A stretch of 62,013 nucleotides of DNA, the filler included, from Rhabdomonas costata (lineage: Eukaryota): assembly GCA_019059605.1 (NCBI GenBank). It is 30 parts of 30 records of this genome, joined end to end, with 100 filler letters (N's around TTAATTAATTAA, not from the genome) between each part and the next. Parts side by side here need not be neighbours in the genome. Positions count along the whole stretch, not along the records: positions 24,860 to 26,830 come from JAHMHO010006851.1; positions 26,931 to 28,902 come from JAHMHO010006852.1; positions 29,003 to 30,973 come from JAHMHO010006853.1; positions 31,074 to 33,024 come from JAHMHO010006854.1; positions 33,125 to 35,095 come from JAHMHO010006855.1; positions 35,196 to 37,165 come from JAHMHO010006856.1; positions 37,266 to 39,236 come from JAHMHO010006857.1; 23 more parts are not named here. One strand, written 5' to 3'. The notes beneath the pieces are model-generated. The model had not been told where the DNA came from. It saw only the letters and a list, made by a program, of their open reading frames with translations, and searched no databases. A program made the translations under genes and the position numbers. Shown here piece after piece: positions 26,681-38,042 of this stretch (the stretch's first letter is position 1; each line of letters starts with the position of its first letter).

Positions 26681-27296
26681 CTGACATAAGGCAAAAAAAG
26701 CGATAAACAACAGAGAAGGGAAACAACATTTATGTTTTCTCGGGAGATTCGCTCCACATCGCCGTGCGCCACGCTCCTAAACAGATTCCTTGCCGGGGAC
26801 AAAAGCAAAAAACTCCTCCCCACCCCACCCNNNNNNNNNNNNNNNNNNNNNNNNNNNNNNNNNNNNNNNNNNNNTTAATTAATTAANNNNNNNNNNNNNN
26901 NNNNNNNNNNNNNNNNNNNNNNNNNNNNNNTGTTTTGTGGCGTCTTTTCATTCTGCCACGTTTGCTAATATATGTTGCGTGCACAGTGCTTCTTGGCTCC
27001 CTTGCTCTCCATGGTACCTCTTTTCAAAAATAGGGATGGCCGCGCGTGCTCAACAGAAGGTGCTGGATGGGAAGTCTCAAGGCCTGTGGGTACGTGTCTC
27101 CGCCCGTGCCAAACACCACATTGGTGACAAATATTGGGGGGGGTGTCAAATAGAAAGTCCAGTGCTGCAGGGTAAGGATCCCTGATTGACCCATGTCCCA
27201 TGGAATCGCGCGGATTTTGGTATGTGTTCGTTGTTTAAGGTGTGGTTGCCTGTCTATTTGGGTTAGCGGTGCTACCATATTGCTGTGGGTATGGCT

Positions 27297-27337
27297 GGTT
27301 AGAGTTAAGGATTTAGGATTAGGGTTAGGTTTAGGCT
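27297..27337 (+). repeat. Degenerate TTAGGG-like hexamer run in an intron
   Basis: GGTTAGAGTTAAGGATTTAGGATTAGGGTTAGGTTTAGG. Confidence 0.6.
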
Positions 27338-27404
27338 ATTGGGCTGTCCGCTGCTTGCATTTCAACAGGCGGAAACCCACTCACCCTCTGTCCCCCCCTC
27401 GCAG

Positions 27405-28404
27405 GTTCTGCTGCAGAACTGCCATCTGTACTCCGACTGGATGCCCAGCCTGGAGAAGCTTGTTGAGGACTACAGCCGCGAGGACAGCCGCGGGAGCATC
27501 CACAAGGACTTCCGCCTGTGGCTGACCTCGATGCCCTCGGAGCAGTTCCCCGTCTCCATCCTCCAAAACGGTCCTTCCACGCATAGCTCATCTTCGAGAC
27601 ACACACACACACACACACACACACACAGCTTATGAGTTCACTAAAGTCGCTACCCCCAAAGCCTCGCACCGCTCATCTCTCTCTCCCTTGCCTGTTGATT
27701 TTTGCGCGCACGTGTGTGTGTGTGTGTCTATGGGAGAGTATTCGAAAGCCAGCTGGAGACAAAAAAGACCTCCACCAAAACCATTCCTTGTGCACGAGGT
27801 GTGTGTGTGCGCGCGCGCTTGCTCACCTCAAACCAGACGCACTGGCTTTTGTTTTGGGTGTTGAAATGCACACACACACACGCACGTGGACGGACTTCTT
27901 CCTCCGCTAATTCTGCTACTTAAACTCTTCTGCTGTTGTTTATGGGGCGAACAGGGGTGAAGATGATCATTGAGGCACCGAAGGGACTGCGCGCCAACCT
28001 GCTACGGTCGTTCACGGGAGACCCCCTCTCTAATCGGCAATTCTTTGACAGCTGCCGCCGACCCAAGGTAGTACCTGCCTGCCTAGCTCGTCTCATACAC
28101 GACCCCACAACCCATTCTCGCATACTTTTGAACACCCAGTTTGGATTTTTTTGCCCATGGTCAATTCGGTCATGCTGAACATCGAGCCGAGGGGGGGGGG
28201 GGGGCAGCCACTTGACCAGCCCCTCCCCGGAGCGTTGGAACTGTTTTCCAGATCGGTTTGTTGTGGATGCGGGAGTATGCGAGTGGGTGGGTGGTGTGCT
28301 TGGCGCAGGAATGGAAGAAGCTGCTTTTCGGGTTGTGCTTCTTCCACGCCGTGGTGCAGGAGCGTCGCAGCTTTGGTCCGCTAGGCTGGAACATCCCCTA
28401 CGAG
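27405..28404 (+). CDS. Axonemal dynein heavy chain, AAA6/AAA-lid region, exons 27405-27570, 27955-28067, 28309-28404
   Basis: [84 protein letters not shown]. Confidence 0.97.
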
Positions 28405-29018
28405 GTCCACGCTTCCCCATTCCCTCGACCGAACGACAATCTCTTTCAATTCAGCCTTTGCCTTTTGGTAAAGTTCAGGATTTCAGGACAGAGCCCAACA
28501 TACGGGCACGTTGAAAACGGCCGAAGGCACCTGGATCATGAAAGTCTGACAAGTGCGTTGTAAAAGGGAGCTTCATTTCGGAGCATGGCGCATCCCCATC
28601 ATCCGAGGCTCTGATCTCGTGGTTACTGGACATGACTGGTGTGTTCGTGGAGAGTTGGGACCATTTCCCGCCCGCATGCATCCATCCGTGTATTATATTT
28701 CCTTCTGATAGTCGACCGCTTCTTCGCCTCCGCCTTCACCAGAACTTCACCAGAAAACCATCCTGCTTTTCATAGTGCCGCGCATCTCCCCCGCTCAGTA
28801 ACCCCCCAGAGGCTAAACGTTCTTCTTTGTGCTGGGAACGCGGTTAGCTCACCTTCTCTTTGCGTCTGTGTATTTTTTGCTTCTGGTTGCCCCCCCTAAC
28901 ACNNNNNNNNNNNNNNNNNNNNNNNNNNNNNNNNNNNNNNNNNNNNTTAATTAATTAANNNNNNNNNNNNNNNNNNNNNNNNNNNNNNNNNNNNNNNNNN
29001 NNGGGGGTGGGGGAATAC

Positions 29019-30043
29019 CTCCAGGAGCTCCCGGAAGGCCATCACGCGGTCCTTTCGGGTGGCATACTCCGGGATGGCACTGAGCAGGGGGGCCGAGGGC
29101 ACCGCCGCCACCACCCTTGGGGGAGGGGTGAGGGCTCGATCAGGCCGCCCAAGGTCCTTGGCCGTCAAAGACTGCGACGAAGAGGTGGGGGTCGGCAAGG
29201 CCGTGTCAGGATCGGGCAAGTCCTGTGGCAAAGCGGATGGGAGGCACGCCGCGTATTTTTCAGGCATATCGACTGATGGGGACGTTTGCGTCTATAAAGG
29301 GGACAAATAGGATAAGACGGAGTCGCCCATGAGCTGATGATGACACCCAGAAACACACGTAGCAGCTCGACCTTGTTGATGCATACGGCTCCATATCGCC
29401 CGGGTCGGGTCGGCAAGCATGGCGCCCATTCCACAGTCACACAAGCTTCCGCACATACGCTGAAAGAAATCTCGCACACGGCATTCTCCAGAGAAAAAAC
29501 AGCGCTGTGCACGGCGTAACAGCTCCCCATCCTCCTTCTACACATATCCATGGACACGCTCTCTCTATCTTTCGTTCTGAGGGCTCACCAACCTGGAGAG
29601 GGTTTGACCATGTGGTCTCCCCGGTCACTGAGTTGTGCCAGTACTGCTTCCCCTCGGGCGTGGTGAAGGACTTCCAGCTCTCTCCAGAGTGCAGGTCCTC
29701 GCTCGTGAGCAATGCCTACGACACCCACAGAATTCACAGGAGAAGGATAATGGAAAAGGCGCTCCCCATGCAGCCACGCAGGCAGCTCGCGTTTCCAAAT
29801 TCATTTTGAAACACAGCTAAAGGAACCGCGGGCAAAGTATGGTCCCAAGCAAAGGCATTGCCCAAAACCGTTCTGAAGAGCGACATCAGAGAACCTGCCC
29901 GAGCACAAGTGGCGGAAAGAGCAGGGGGCAGGGAGTGCCTTGGGCTTGGTCCACGTCGTCTCTTTGGTGACAGAGTTGAAGTAGTATGCCTTCCCACTAC
30001 CGTCCACATATGCCTTCCAGTGCTCCGAGGATCCATTCTCCAT
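29019..30043 (-). CDS. PRP40: PRP40-like U1 snRNP-associated factor (WW-WW-FF start), exons 30043-29939, 29715-29589, 29272-29019
   Basis: Two WW domains (WKAYVDGSGKAYYFNSVTKETTWTKP; WKSFTTPEGKQYWHNSVTGETTWSNP) are followed by YATRKDRVMAFRELLE, an FF-domain start. Intron 1 has a GC donor. Confidence 0.82.
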
Positions 30044-31435
30044 CAGAGCGATGAGAGAGGAATTCACACAGCCAGCACCAGAGAGGATACCCCTCGCTGG
30101 TACCCCTTCCTTCAGACTCAGAGGGCACGAAAAGAGAGGGGCAGAGTGAAAGAGAAAGAGAAGAGAGGAGCACACGCTCGAAAACACTCCAAAACCCACA
30201 AGAAAGCAGAAGGTCCTTCCATTACCCAATGCAAAAAACTAACCTCCCACAATGCGGATGTGGCCGTGATTGGGGTTGTGGTTTCAAGTTTTGAGCCCTG
30301 ATCAACAACATAGAGCAGTATGGGGCATCTGCATCTGTTGCGGTTGGGAAGAAAACCCTTTGGCTTTCTTCGGCAAGAGCAAAGTTCTCAGCTTGATTCC
30401 GAGGCGCATGAAATACAACTAGGGAGAAAGACAAATTTACAATATTCGAGCAATGCACGCATTTCAAAGAGATGAAATCCTTCCTGAAAGCGGGCACCCG
30501 TGATGCATGCAATCGCACTGGATGTAAAAATGCGGTACAATGCAGACAAAAAGGATAATGTCCTCCTCCACCCGAATCAAGGATCTCATGAGCCTAACGA
30601 CCGCACCGCAGCAACCATCTGCTTTAACCGATGATCGAATGGTGCATAGAGGGCATAGAAAGGGGGGGTGAATATCATAGCATAATTCTAATAGCCTCTG
30701 CCTCTAACAATGTCAAACCCAACCCCACTCCTTAGAAGAAGTGTCAGTCAGGTGGCAAAGAAAACCGTAAAAGCGTGCTGTAGCTCACCGTCCAAACACC
30801 AAGGTTCAAAATGTGCACCACCCAGCCCAAAATATCACTTCTGCAATGAGGGCTCAGCGAAAGTCGGCATCTCGGTAAAGTGGGACCTGCGGCAAAGAAA
30901 GCGTACACAGTCTAAAAAGCACATAACACACATAACACAACAAATAGACGCACACAGAAAGACTGACACAAAANNNNNNNNNNNNNNNNNNNNNNNNNNN
31001 NNNNNNNNNNNNNNNNNTTAATTAATTAANNNNNNNNNNNNNNNNNNNNNNNNNNNNNNNNNNNNNNNNNNNNGTTTTTTGGGGTCGAGGATGCCGAAAA
31101 ACTGCGTCTTTACGCCGACTTGAGCGTTATTCGAGGCTCTGGTGAGGGTTTTTTGCGGCGATTTTCAATCAAAACTACCTCTTTTGGCCTCCCAGATGGC
31201 TCGAAAGGGGGTCAAAATGAGGGAATTGTGGTCCCTTGGGCAACAGATCCTTCCGCTGCAATACCCCTCCCGGGGAGAGGGGGTAACCCCGGATTAGGTG
31301 TAAACCATAGGGCTACAGTCCTGCTCGTTTCGTTACGAAACCCTTTAGCGCTGCGCCCGGCGCGCTGCGCTTACCTGTTTTAACTTGGGTCGGGGGGTCT
31401 ATCGGGGGCTTTATATTTTTACCTTTTTTGAAAGA

Positions 31436-31579
31436 TCGCACCCCCGGCCCTTTATCACTGCGAGATTCAGGAATGCGGAAAGGAAATCTTTCCGACTTTT
31501 TCACAAGCCTTTTTTAAAGGGGGCTTCTTTTTTCAAGCTCGCTTGGGTTGTCGCACCCCCGGCCCTTAATCACTGCGAG
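31436..31579. repeat. Two 29-bp direct repeats spaced 115 bp apart, within probable interspersed-repeat DNA
   Basis: TCGCACCCCCGGCCCTT(T/A)ATCACTGCGAG at 31436 and 31551. Confidence 0.7.
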
Positions 31580-32322
31580 CTTGGATGAACCATGGTGAAC
31601 ATAAGTACAAACAAGCAAGGGGGGAACTCGCCCGTAGCGGTCACTTTTTCACTTTTTCGTCTTGCTCGACTGTCCCCCTGTCCCTCGGCATGAATGGAGA
31701 GAGATCTTTCCGACTGCGATTCTGTGTGCCGTCGACCACAGGTGTATATTTTGGGACGCTAGATCACGAGTTCTTTTCGTGAGACTGTGAATGAGTGTGT
31801 TGTCGACACGCGTACTTCCGGCTGATGAGTTTCATGCCACTCACGGCTTGAATAATTTTACCACAAAATATGACGAGAAGAGGGTGGGTCGAGGGCTCAT
31901 CGATCATCTGAAGAGTTAGAGTCAGTGGGGGCCTGACCTGTTGACCAGAATTTTTGCTCTTGCTCGCTTGTGACACTTTTTTCGGGGAGCCGCTGCGACT
32001 TACCCGATGTGCTTGGACATTTTAGGGCGCGGAGCAACCTGTCCAATTACCTCGCGAAGTGGATCCCGCTGCCCCCTCCATTGACTCTGACTTCGGTGGA
32101 CAGGCAGGACTGGAAAACCACAACCGTCGGATTCCGTATCTTTTTTGGAGAGGCACTGGGGATGGGTGGGGGATAAGGCCCACTATTCAGTTTGCGCTTC
32201 TGGTCTGATTGTGCAAAACGAACTGTTTTCATTCATTCGGGGGCCTTACTAGTTAATGTTGATGCATCTAATTCGCGTGCATAAATCTGGTGTGGTAAGG
32301 ACAAACAAACGCCCACGCCCAG

Positions 32323-32764
32323 GTGCAGCAATTGCGGCTTTTGCGGTACCAGAAAGGAAGATGTGTGCTCACAGTTGAGACGGGCATTGCTTGCGACGGA
32401 AGCGATGCATATGCCCCTCGGGTCCGTGGCAATTCAAGGTTTTTCATCTGCCCTGAGCAGAGGGTATCCCAAGCAGATATGATTTTAGGGCATCCCATTA
32501 TAAAGGGCCATCGCCAAGATGTTATCAGGTGGGTTTAGGTCGCACCAGATAGGTGAAAATGGCTTCGGTTGTTTTTTTTCAGTGAAGAAAGGATCAGGGG
32601 TGGCGGTTGAGTATCTATGGGAGGCATTCGCGTTCAGGCACCTCCACTATTGAAGAGTTGAACCACGGGCTGGGGCAGATTGTGTTCTTCGCGCGCAAGT
32701 TCAGTGAGTTCTTCGGGGAAGTCTCCGTCCCGCTCAACTACGTAGGCAACACCTCGACCATCGG
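32323..32764 (+). CDS. Possible UVRAG/ATG14/Beclin-type (BARA-like) domain, two exons (~32323-32425, ~32638-32764)
   Basis: EELNHGLGQIVFFARKFSEFFGEVSVPLNYVGNTSTI resembles the AALGxxxxLxxxxSxxLxVxLxYPxxxxGSRSxI pattern; exon borders are approximate. Confidence 0.45.
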
Positions 32765-34326
32765 GCGCGTCACCCCTCCCCCTACCCCAGCCCCTGTGCG
32801 TAAATAGGCTTAAAGGCAGTGCCAATGCACTGCGTTTCTTGACACCAGCCACCGTTGGTCGCAGAAACCCGCTGAAAATTATTCTGTGTGATTTTTGGAC
32901 TGACGAAGCTTTGCAAACTGTGGGTGCTGTGGGGATGAAGGGAAACGATAAAAGCTGTGTTGGGCAAGCGGTTTGGACAGAAAAGCTTCAGGATGCTCCC
33001 CTGAAATATATGGCGTGGGAATTCNNNNNNNNNNNNNNNNNNNNNNNNNNNNNNNNNNNNNNNNNNNNTTAATTAATTAANNNNNNNNNNNNNNNNNNNN
33101 NNNNNNNNNNNNNNNNNNNNNNNNGTGGTTGGGTTTGCTGCAGTATGAGGCAAACAAAGGCATAGGGGACCAGAAGAAAAAGGATTGCGATTCCGGAGTG
33201 AAGTTAAGTTTTGATTCAAAAAATTTAGTCGCAGGTGCATCGGACGTTGTAGTTTGCGGTGGTGGTGGGGTAACACTTACCACCGGTAACGGTTACAAGT
33301 GGTGGCAACTTATTTCAAAAACGTTAGTGGCTCCACAGGTCGCATCCACGCCAGGCCGCCCACTCGGGCCGCGACGCGGGCAGGAGTCCGCGCCACTGGC
33401 CTACACCCATAAACCACTGCTGTTCTACTCGTCCGCCCAAATCCCAGCCATTAGTGAGGACATCGACATCGCCAGCCAGCCTGGCGAACCTTAGCTGAAC
33501 CCCTCACACAAAAATGAATTTCGAGAGTGCTGGCTCGTTTATCGGGCGTAACAAATGTTTTTTTTGGGGGACCTTTAACCCACAACTTCGTTTGCAAATC
33601 CATGACGGCATTACGGAATATCTAGAAGGTAAAATCCCACACAACTACAAGTACAAAATAAACGGAAAGGTCCAGCTTCCAACACAGATAGCAACAGAGG
33701 GACAGGAAGAAGACTCCTTTCTCAAACAACGATTTACGACTTACAATGTTCCATTCGCAAATGGTATATTTACCCCCCCCCTCACGCACACACTCACCAA
33801 ACGTGCACCTGCTGACCGTGGAAGTCAAAGCTTAAAACCTTGGAGATCGGTCGGTCTATATGTGCAAGAAACTGCTAGAAGTTGATTTATCATTTTATTG
33901 CACTTCCGCAGCAACAGGGGTCAGCACTGTAATTACAGTACGAAACAGAACTGCCACACACAGAACAACGAAGAACAAAAAGCTTTTATCTTTCGAGATG
34001 GCGTATCCATCATTGGGGCGGCGTCTGTCTCCGGGTCGCTCTATTTTTCCTTTTTGTTTTCGCCGGTGTGAGCTTGGGGCAAGAGCACCCCAGCCGAGCA
34101 CGCCCACTATTACAAAGGGAGAGGAAGGGGGTGCGGCCAGCCTGCTTTTGAGAAGGGGAGGAAACCCGTGCGAAGACGGTCTCTTGTCTCTTTGTCCGGG
34201 TCCATGCGAGGGCAACCACAACAAAGAACAATCATACTACGACTCAAGTGAACGAAAAATCAGGAAGCCCGCAACATCCACACTTTCCGCTGCAGGAAAC
34301 CACACACCGATCAAGATGGAGTTCAC

Positions 34327-34607
34327 CCTATGGTACATGTCCTGCCCCGCCAGCCGGTAGCACACGCTGTACAGCCCAGCAATCAGCGTGCCCACAGCGG
34401 TAAGGTTCAAGTCCTGCGCCTGCGCCGCCGTCACGGGCCCCACCGCCGCCCCGTCAGAGACGTTGCCGCACTCCGTGGCGCCTCCAAAAAGCGCCACCGT
34501 GTCCAGAACGGGCTGCAGCGCAGCCCCTCCGCCGAAGCTGAGGTTCAGGTTGGTGGTGAGCAGTGTAGGGGAGGCCGGGGAGTACACCAAGGAGGTTGGA
34601 GAGGAGG
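34327..34607 (-). CDS. Exon of a probable large extracellular repeat protein (GxYxVCYR motif)
   Basis: LNLSFGGGAALQPVLDTVAL....C....AGLYSVCYRLAG; AG/GT borders; GC3-rich. Confidence 0.6.
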
Positions 34608-35627
34608 CTGAGAGTGAAAACCGGTGGACATTTCGAAAGGGTTTCTAGGAGGGAACAGGAACTCGTAGAGATATGGGAACACGCATTCAAACACACAAGA
34701 AGGTTCACGATTGATGTCAACACAGAAGTGAGGGTGACACTGTCCAGAGCTTTGTTCAATCGTACACGTTTGACTGGAGAATCGCTGTGTAGAGAAACTT
34801 GATAATAATGACAGAGACCTGTGTACATCGAACACACACGCACACACACAGATTCGCTTGGACGGATGGGCGCCGTTTCATGCCGTTGAGAATTTGGCGT
34901 GAAGCCCCGGCCGCCCAACGCCTCAATGCTGGCAGCCGGCATGCACATGCACAAACAAAATGCACGTGCGCGCCCTCATCGGCGCACCTAGGCACCCGCT
35001 GAAGCCGAAGCTTTCACCAGTGGCGTCGCAGCTCAGAGTTGCCGTGCCTGTGCAGCCCGTGCAGCACCGCACCCCAGTGCACTGCGCCGACACACNNNNN
35101 NNNNNNNNNNNNNNNNNNNNNNNNNNNNNNNNNNNNNNNTTAATTAATTAANNNNNNNNNNNNNNNNNNNNNNNNNNNNNNNNNNNNNNNNNNNNGATGT
35201 AAGCCCTGGCTATCAGGTCTCTACCAAATGTTTAATCCGAAAATAACGAGTGTGAAAACAGTCTCATGTCCTTTATTTCAGATTATAAATTGATCCTGAC
35301 AAGACCAATGACGCCAAAAACATACCGAGAAAATAATTGAGTACGCAACAAATTCCGACGCGGATTTTTTACGGTCACTGTCCATGACTTCTGATCCTCT
35401 TTGATACTACTTTTATTCGTAAAATGCAAATTCTTAGATTACCATTATTTTTTTCTTAGATTCTTGCAAATTCTTAGATGATGCTATCTGCTTGCAGAGC
35501 GTGAGAGGTTACGTTCCCCAGTTCTGGGTCGGTCTGAAGGGAACGTGGGATCGTTGAAGCTGGAACAAGTCGCAGTTAACGTGGTTGTGAGGTACCGAAT
35601 TAAGATCATAGAGGGGGGGGGTTCTGC

Positions 35628-35681
35628 CATGTGGAAGGGCCCGATCTGCTGCACCCCTGCATAGGACTTGAAGTTTTCCAA
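35628..35681 (-). CDS. SMC4: SMC ATPase N-terminal exon (SMC4-like), 54 nt
   Basis: LENFKSYAGVQQIGPFH matches the SMC4-type NFKSYAGxxxxGPFH motif; CAG acceptor and apparent GC donor. Confidence 0.75.
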
Positions 35682-37289
35682 CTGGTAGTTGGTATAGCTG
35701 GTAGTTTTAATATAGTTTTAATATATACCTACGCATAGTGCCCGGCTTTACAATAGCTGCTTTGATGCCTCCATCAGCGGCAGCGAATGAGCGGGGGATC
35801 GCCCCCCTCCCTCTCCCAAGTTGGACAAGGTTGGTACTGGAAGATGCTGAATTTCTTGCCCCATCATTGATTTTCCCGGGGAGTGGGGGACGCGTCCGGC
35901 TGAAGCTTGGTTTCAGTCTTGCAGAGACCTGAATGGGGATGGAGATGATCAACGATCACGCGGAAGTCAAACGCGAGTTAAACCCTTTTACAATGTAGTT
36001 GTCTTTCTCCCAGACGATCGCATCTGTCCTGCGGAGCGTTGTGAGACGATGCTGTTGTCCTCATTTTTGTTAATGAATGTTTGGGCCGCTTCCTGTTTTC
36101 CTTTACCTGGAGCTCATGGCAGATCCGGTAACTTTAAAGGATGTACCTCAATTCAACCTCTTGAAGGTTTCTTGCAGAGGGTGCAAGGCATTGCAGATCC
36201 TCCGGGTGGGGGGGGAGGCGTCCTTACTGCTCTGCACCATTAGACACAACTTTCTCAAAGTCGAACCAAATTCTACACCTTAAGACCTTTTCTGGTGTTC
36301 GCCACCCTTCGCTTCGATTTCACAGAGCGGTCCTGTCCCTCCCTGACGCCGTCCGACCGGGCGTTCGGAAGATCCGTCTTGTTTTCTTTTGAACGCGACC
36401 TGGGGGTGGTGCCGGAACCTCTGAATGGTCCTTTAAATTCTTTGTTGAAGGTTCTTTAGAATTTTTAGGGCAGAGCAGAACCACTCCCGGTCGACTCCTT
36501 TTTTTCATGTGCCCTGATTTCCTTTTGTGTGCAGAGAAGGGCAAAGGCTGTCTTATGGTGAAGAGTTGGTTTGACCACGGAACTGCACAAAAATTTCTCC
36601 TCTTCCCGGTTTATTCAAAGTTCCTTGAAAACTGTCACAATGGTTCCCTGATGGTTGTCGGCAGCGGGCGCGGGTCAACGTTACCCAATAGTATTGTCTG
36701 GATGTGGGTCGTCTGAGGGTCTGTAGATCTCAGGTGGCTGCGTTTGCAGTTTCGCCTATTTCTCTGTGTTTGGCAAACTAAAACGCGACCACCAAAGCTT
36801 TTCAGCCATATGAAAGCCTTTGTGCGGCCTCTCGTGTTTTTTTTTTGCTGTTATTTTCAGCAGGAGCGCAGAAGCCTCTCTGCCACATACAAGCTTGCAC
36901 ACAATTTCTCCCGAGTACTTTCCCTCCATGTTATCTTTCGTTCCCTTGACTTCACACTTTTGGGGGATGGGTACCCAGTACTCCCAGCCCCCGCCGAATT
37001 CGTCGTCCCGGCTCCTCACCACTGCAACATGCCCGCTCCCACCAACACCTGCCGTCGTTCCTGCGGATGCCAGCCCTATCTGTGGTTTCCCGCGCCTTTT
37101 CCAGCCCCACAACCCGTTGCCATCGCTTACCTCAGAGGTGCCTGCAGCAAAGAGTGCCTTTACGANNNNNNNNNNNNNNNNNNNNNNNNNNNNNNNNNNN
37201 NNNNNNNNNTTAATTAATTAANNNNNNNNNNNNNNNNNNNNNNNNNNNNNNNNNNNNNNNNNNNNTTTGTTGTTGTATAGATGTAATTT

Positions 37290-37620
37290 AATTCAATATA
37301 AAATATTTTTACATTAAATTAGAACTTATAAAAATTTTATAAATGAATTCTAAACATAATTTTATTGCACAATTTTTGTAGTATTGTCTGTCGGTGCAAT
37401 TTGTGCATTTTGGAGCAATTGAATTCGGTGCCTATTTTTTCTTATTGTAAGAAAATAATTCATCTTTATAATTTTTATTTTATTATGTATTTGGTCTATT
37501 ATTAAAAATGATTTTTTTGACATCATTTACATCTTTAGAAAATCATGTCAATATGTTATTAAAGTTCAATTTACATCATTATTAATAAAATTATGCTTTT
37601 TAACTAAAGATCTAATGGTG
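37290..37620 (-). pseudogene. Decayed AT-rich ORF with a Cys cluster (KCTNCTDRQYYKNCAIKLCLE)
   Basis: One frame reads FSKDVNDVKKIIFNNRPNT**NKNYKDELFSYNKKK*APNSIAPKCTNC..., with in-frame TAA, TAA and TAG. Confidence 0.4.
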
Positions 37621-37952
37621 TTTATTAAAAACTGTAATTTTTTAATATATAAGATTAATAATAATCTTATTTATCAAAATTATAGGAGCATAATTTTTAG
37701 CACTATTTTGCACTTTATGCTTTTGGAAAATTTTCAAATTTAAATAAGACGAAATATAATTTGTATTTATTTTAAAATAACTTGAAAAATCAAGACGATG
37801 ATCTCGTCGACAGGAATTGTGTGTGTCGATACAAGAATTTTTGAAAAAAATTTTAAAAAATAATTTTCAAAATTTTTATTAAATTTTTAAAATAATAAAA
37901 ATCATTGTCATATTGTACATTCCACGATTTAATGTAATTATATCTATTATTG

Positions 37953-38017
37953 ACTATGTTACTGACTTGGTCATTCACTATGTTACTGACCAAGTCATTC
38001 ACTATGTTATTGATCAT
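37953..38017. repeat. 2.7 copies of a 24-bp tandem repeat whose cores are mutually reverse-complementary (hairpin); putative 3'-end signal
   Basis: ACTATGTTAC-TGACTTGGTCA-TTC / ACTATGTTAC-TGACCAAGTCA-TTC / ACTATGTTATTGATCAT; the hairpin starts about 45 nt past the stop of the R-M ORF. Confidence 0.75.
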
Positions 38018-38042
38018 ATATTGATACAAAATTTTTATTGTT

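Noticed and set aside
29330-29375. CTGATGA..GAAAC resembling a hammerhead ribozyme core
   Set aside because: Stem II is only 2 bp and no stem I partner follows the putative cleavage triplet.
37290-37620. TAR-to-Gln alternative genetic code in the AT-rich contig
   Set aside because: The adjacent ~390-codon ORF has no internal TAA/TAG, uses CAA for Gln and ends in TAA.
37953-38017. Mini-CRISPR interpretation of the 24-bp repeats
   Set aside because: The units are contiguous without unique spacers, and no cas genes are present.
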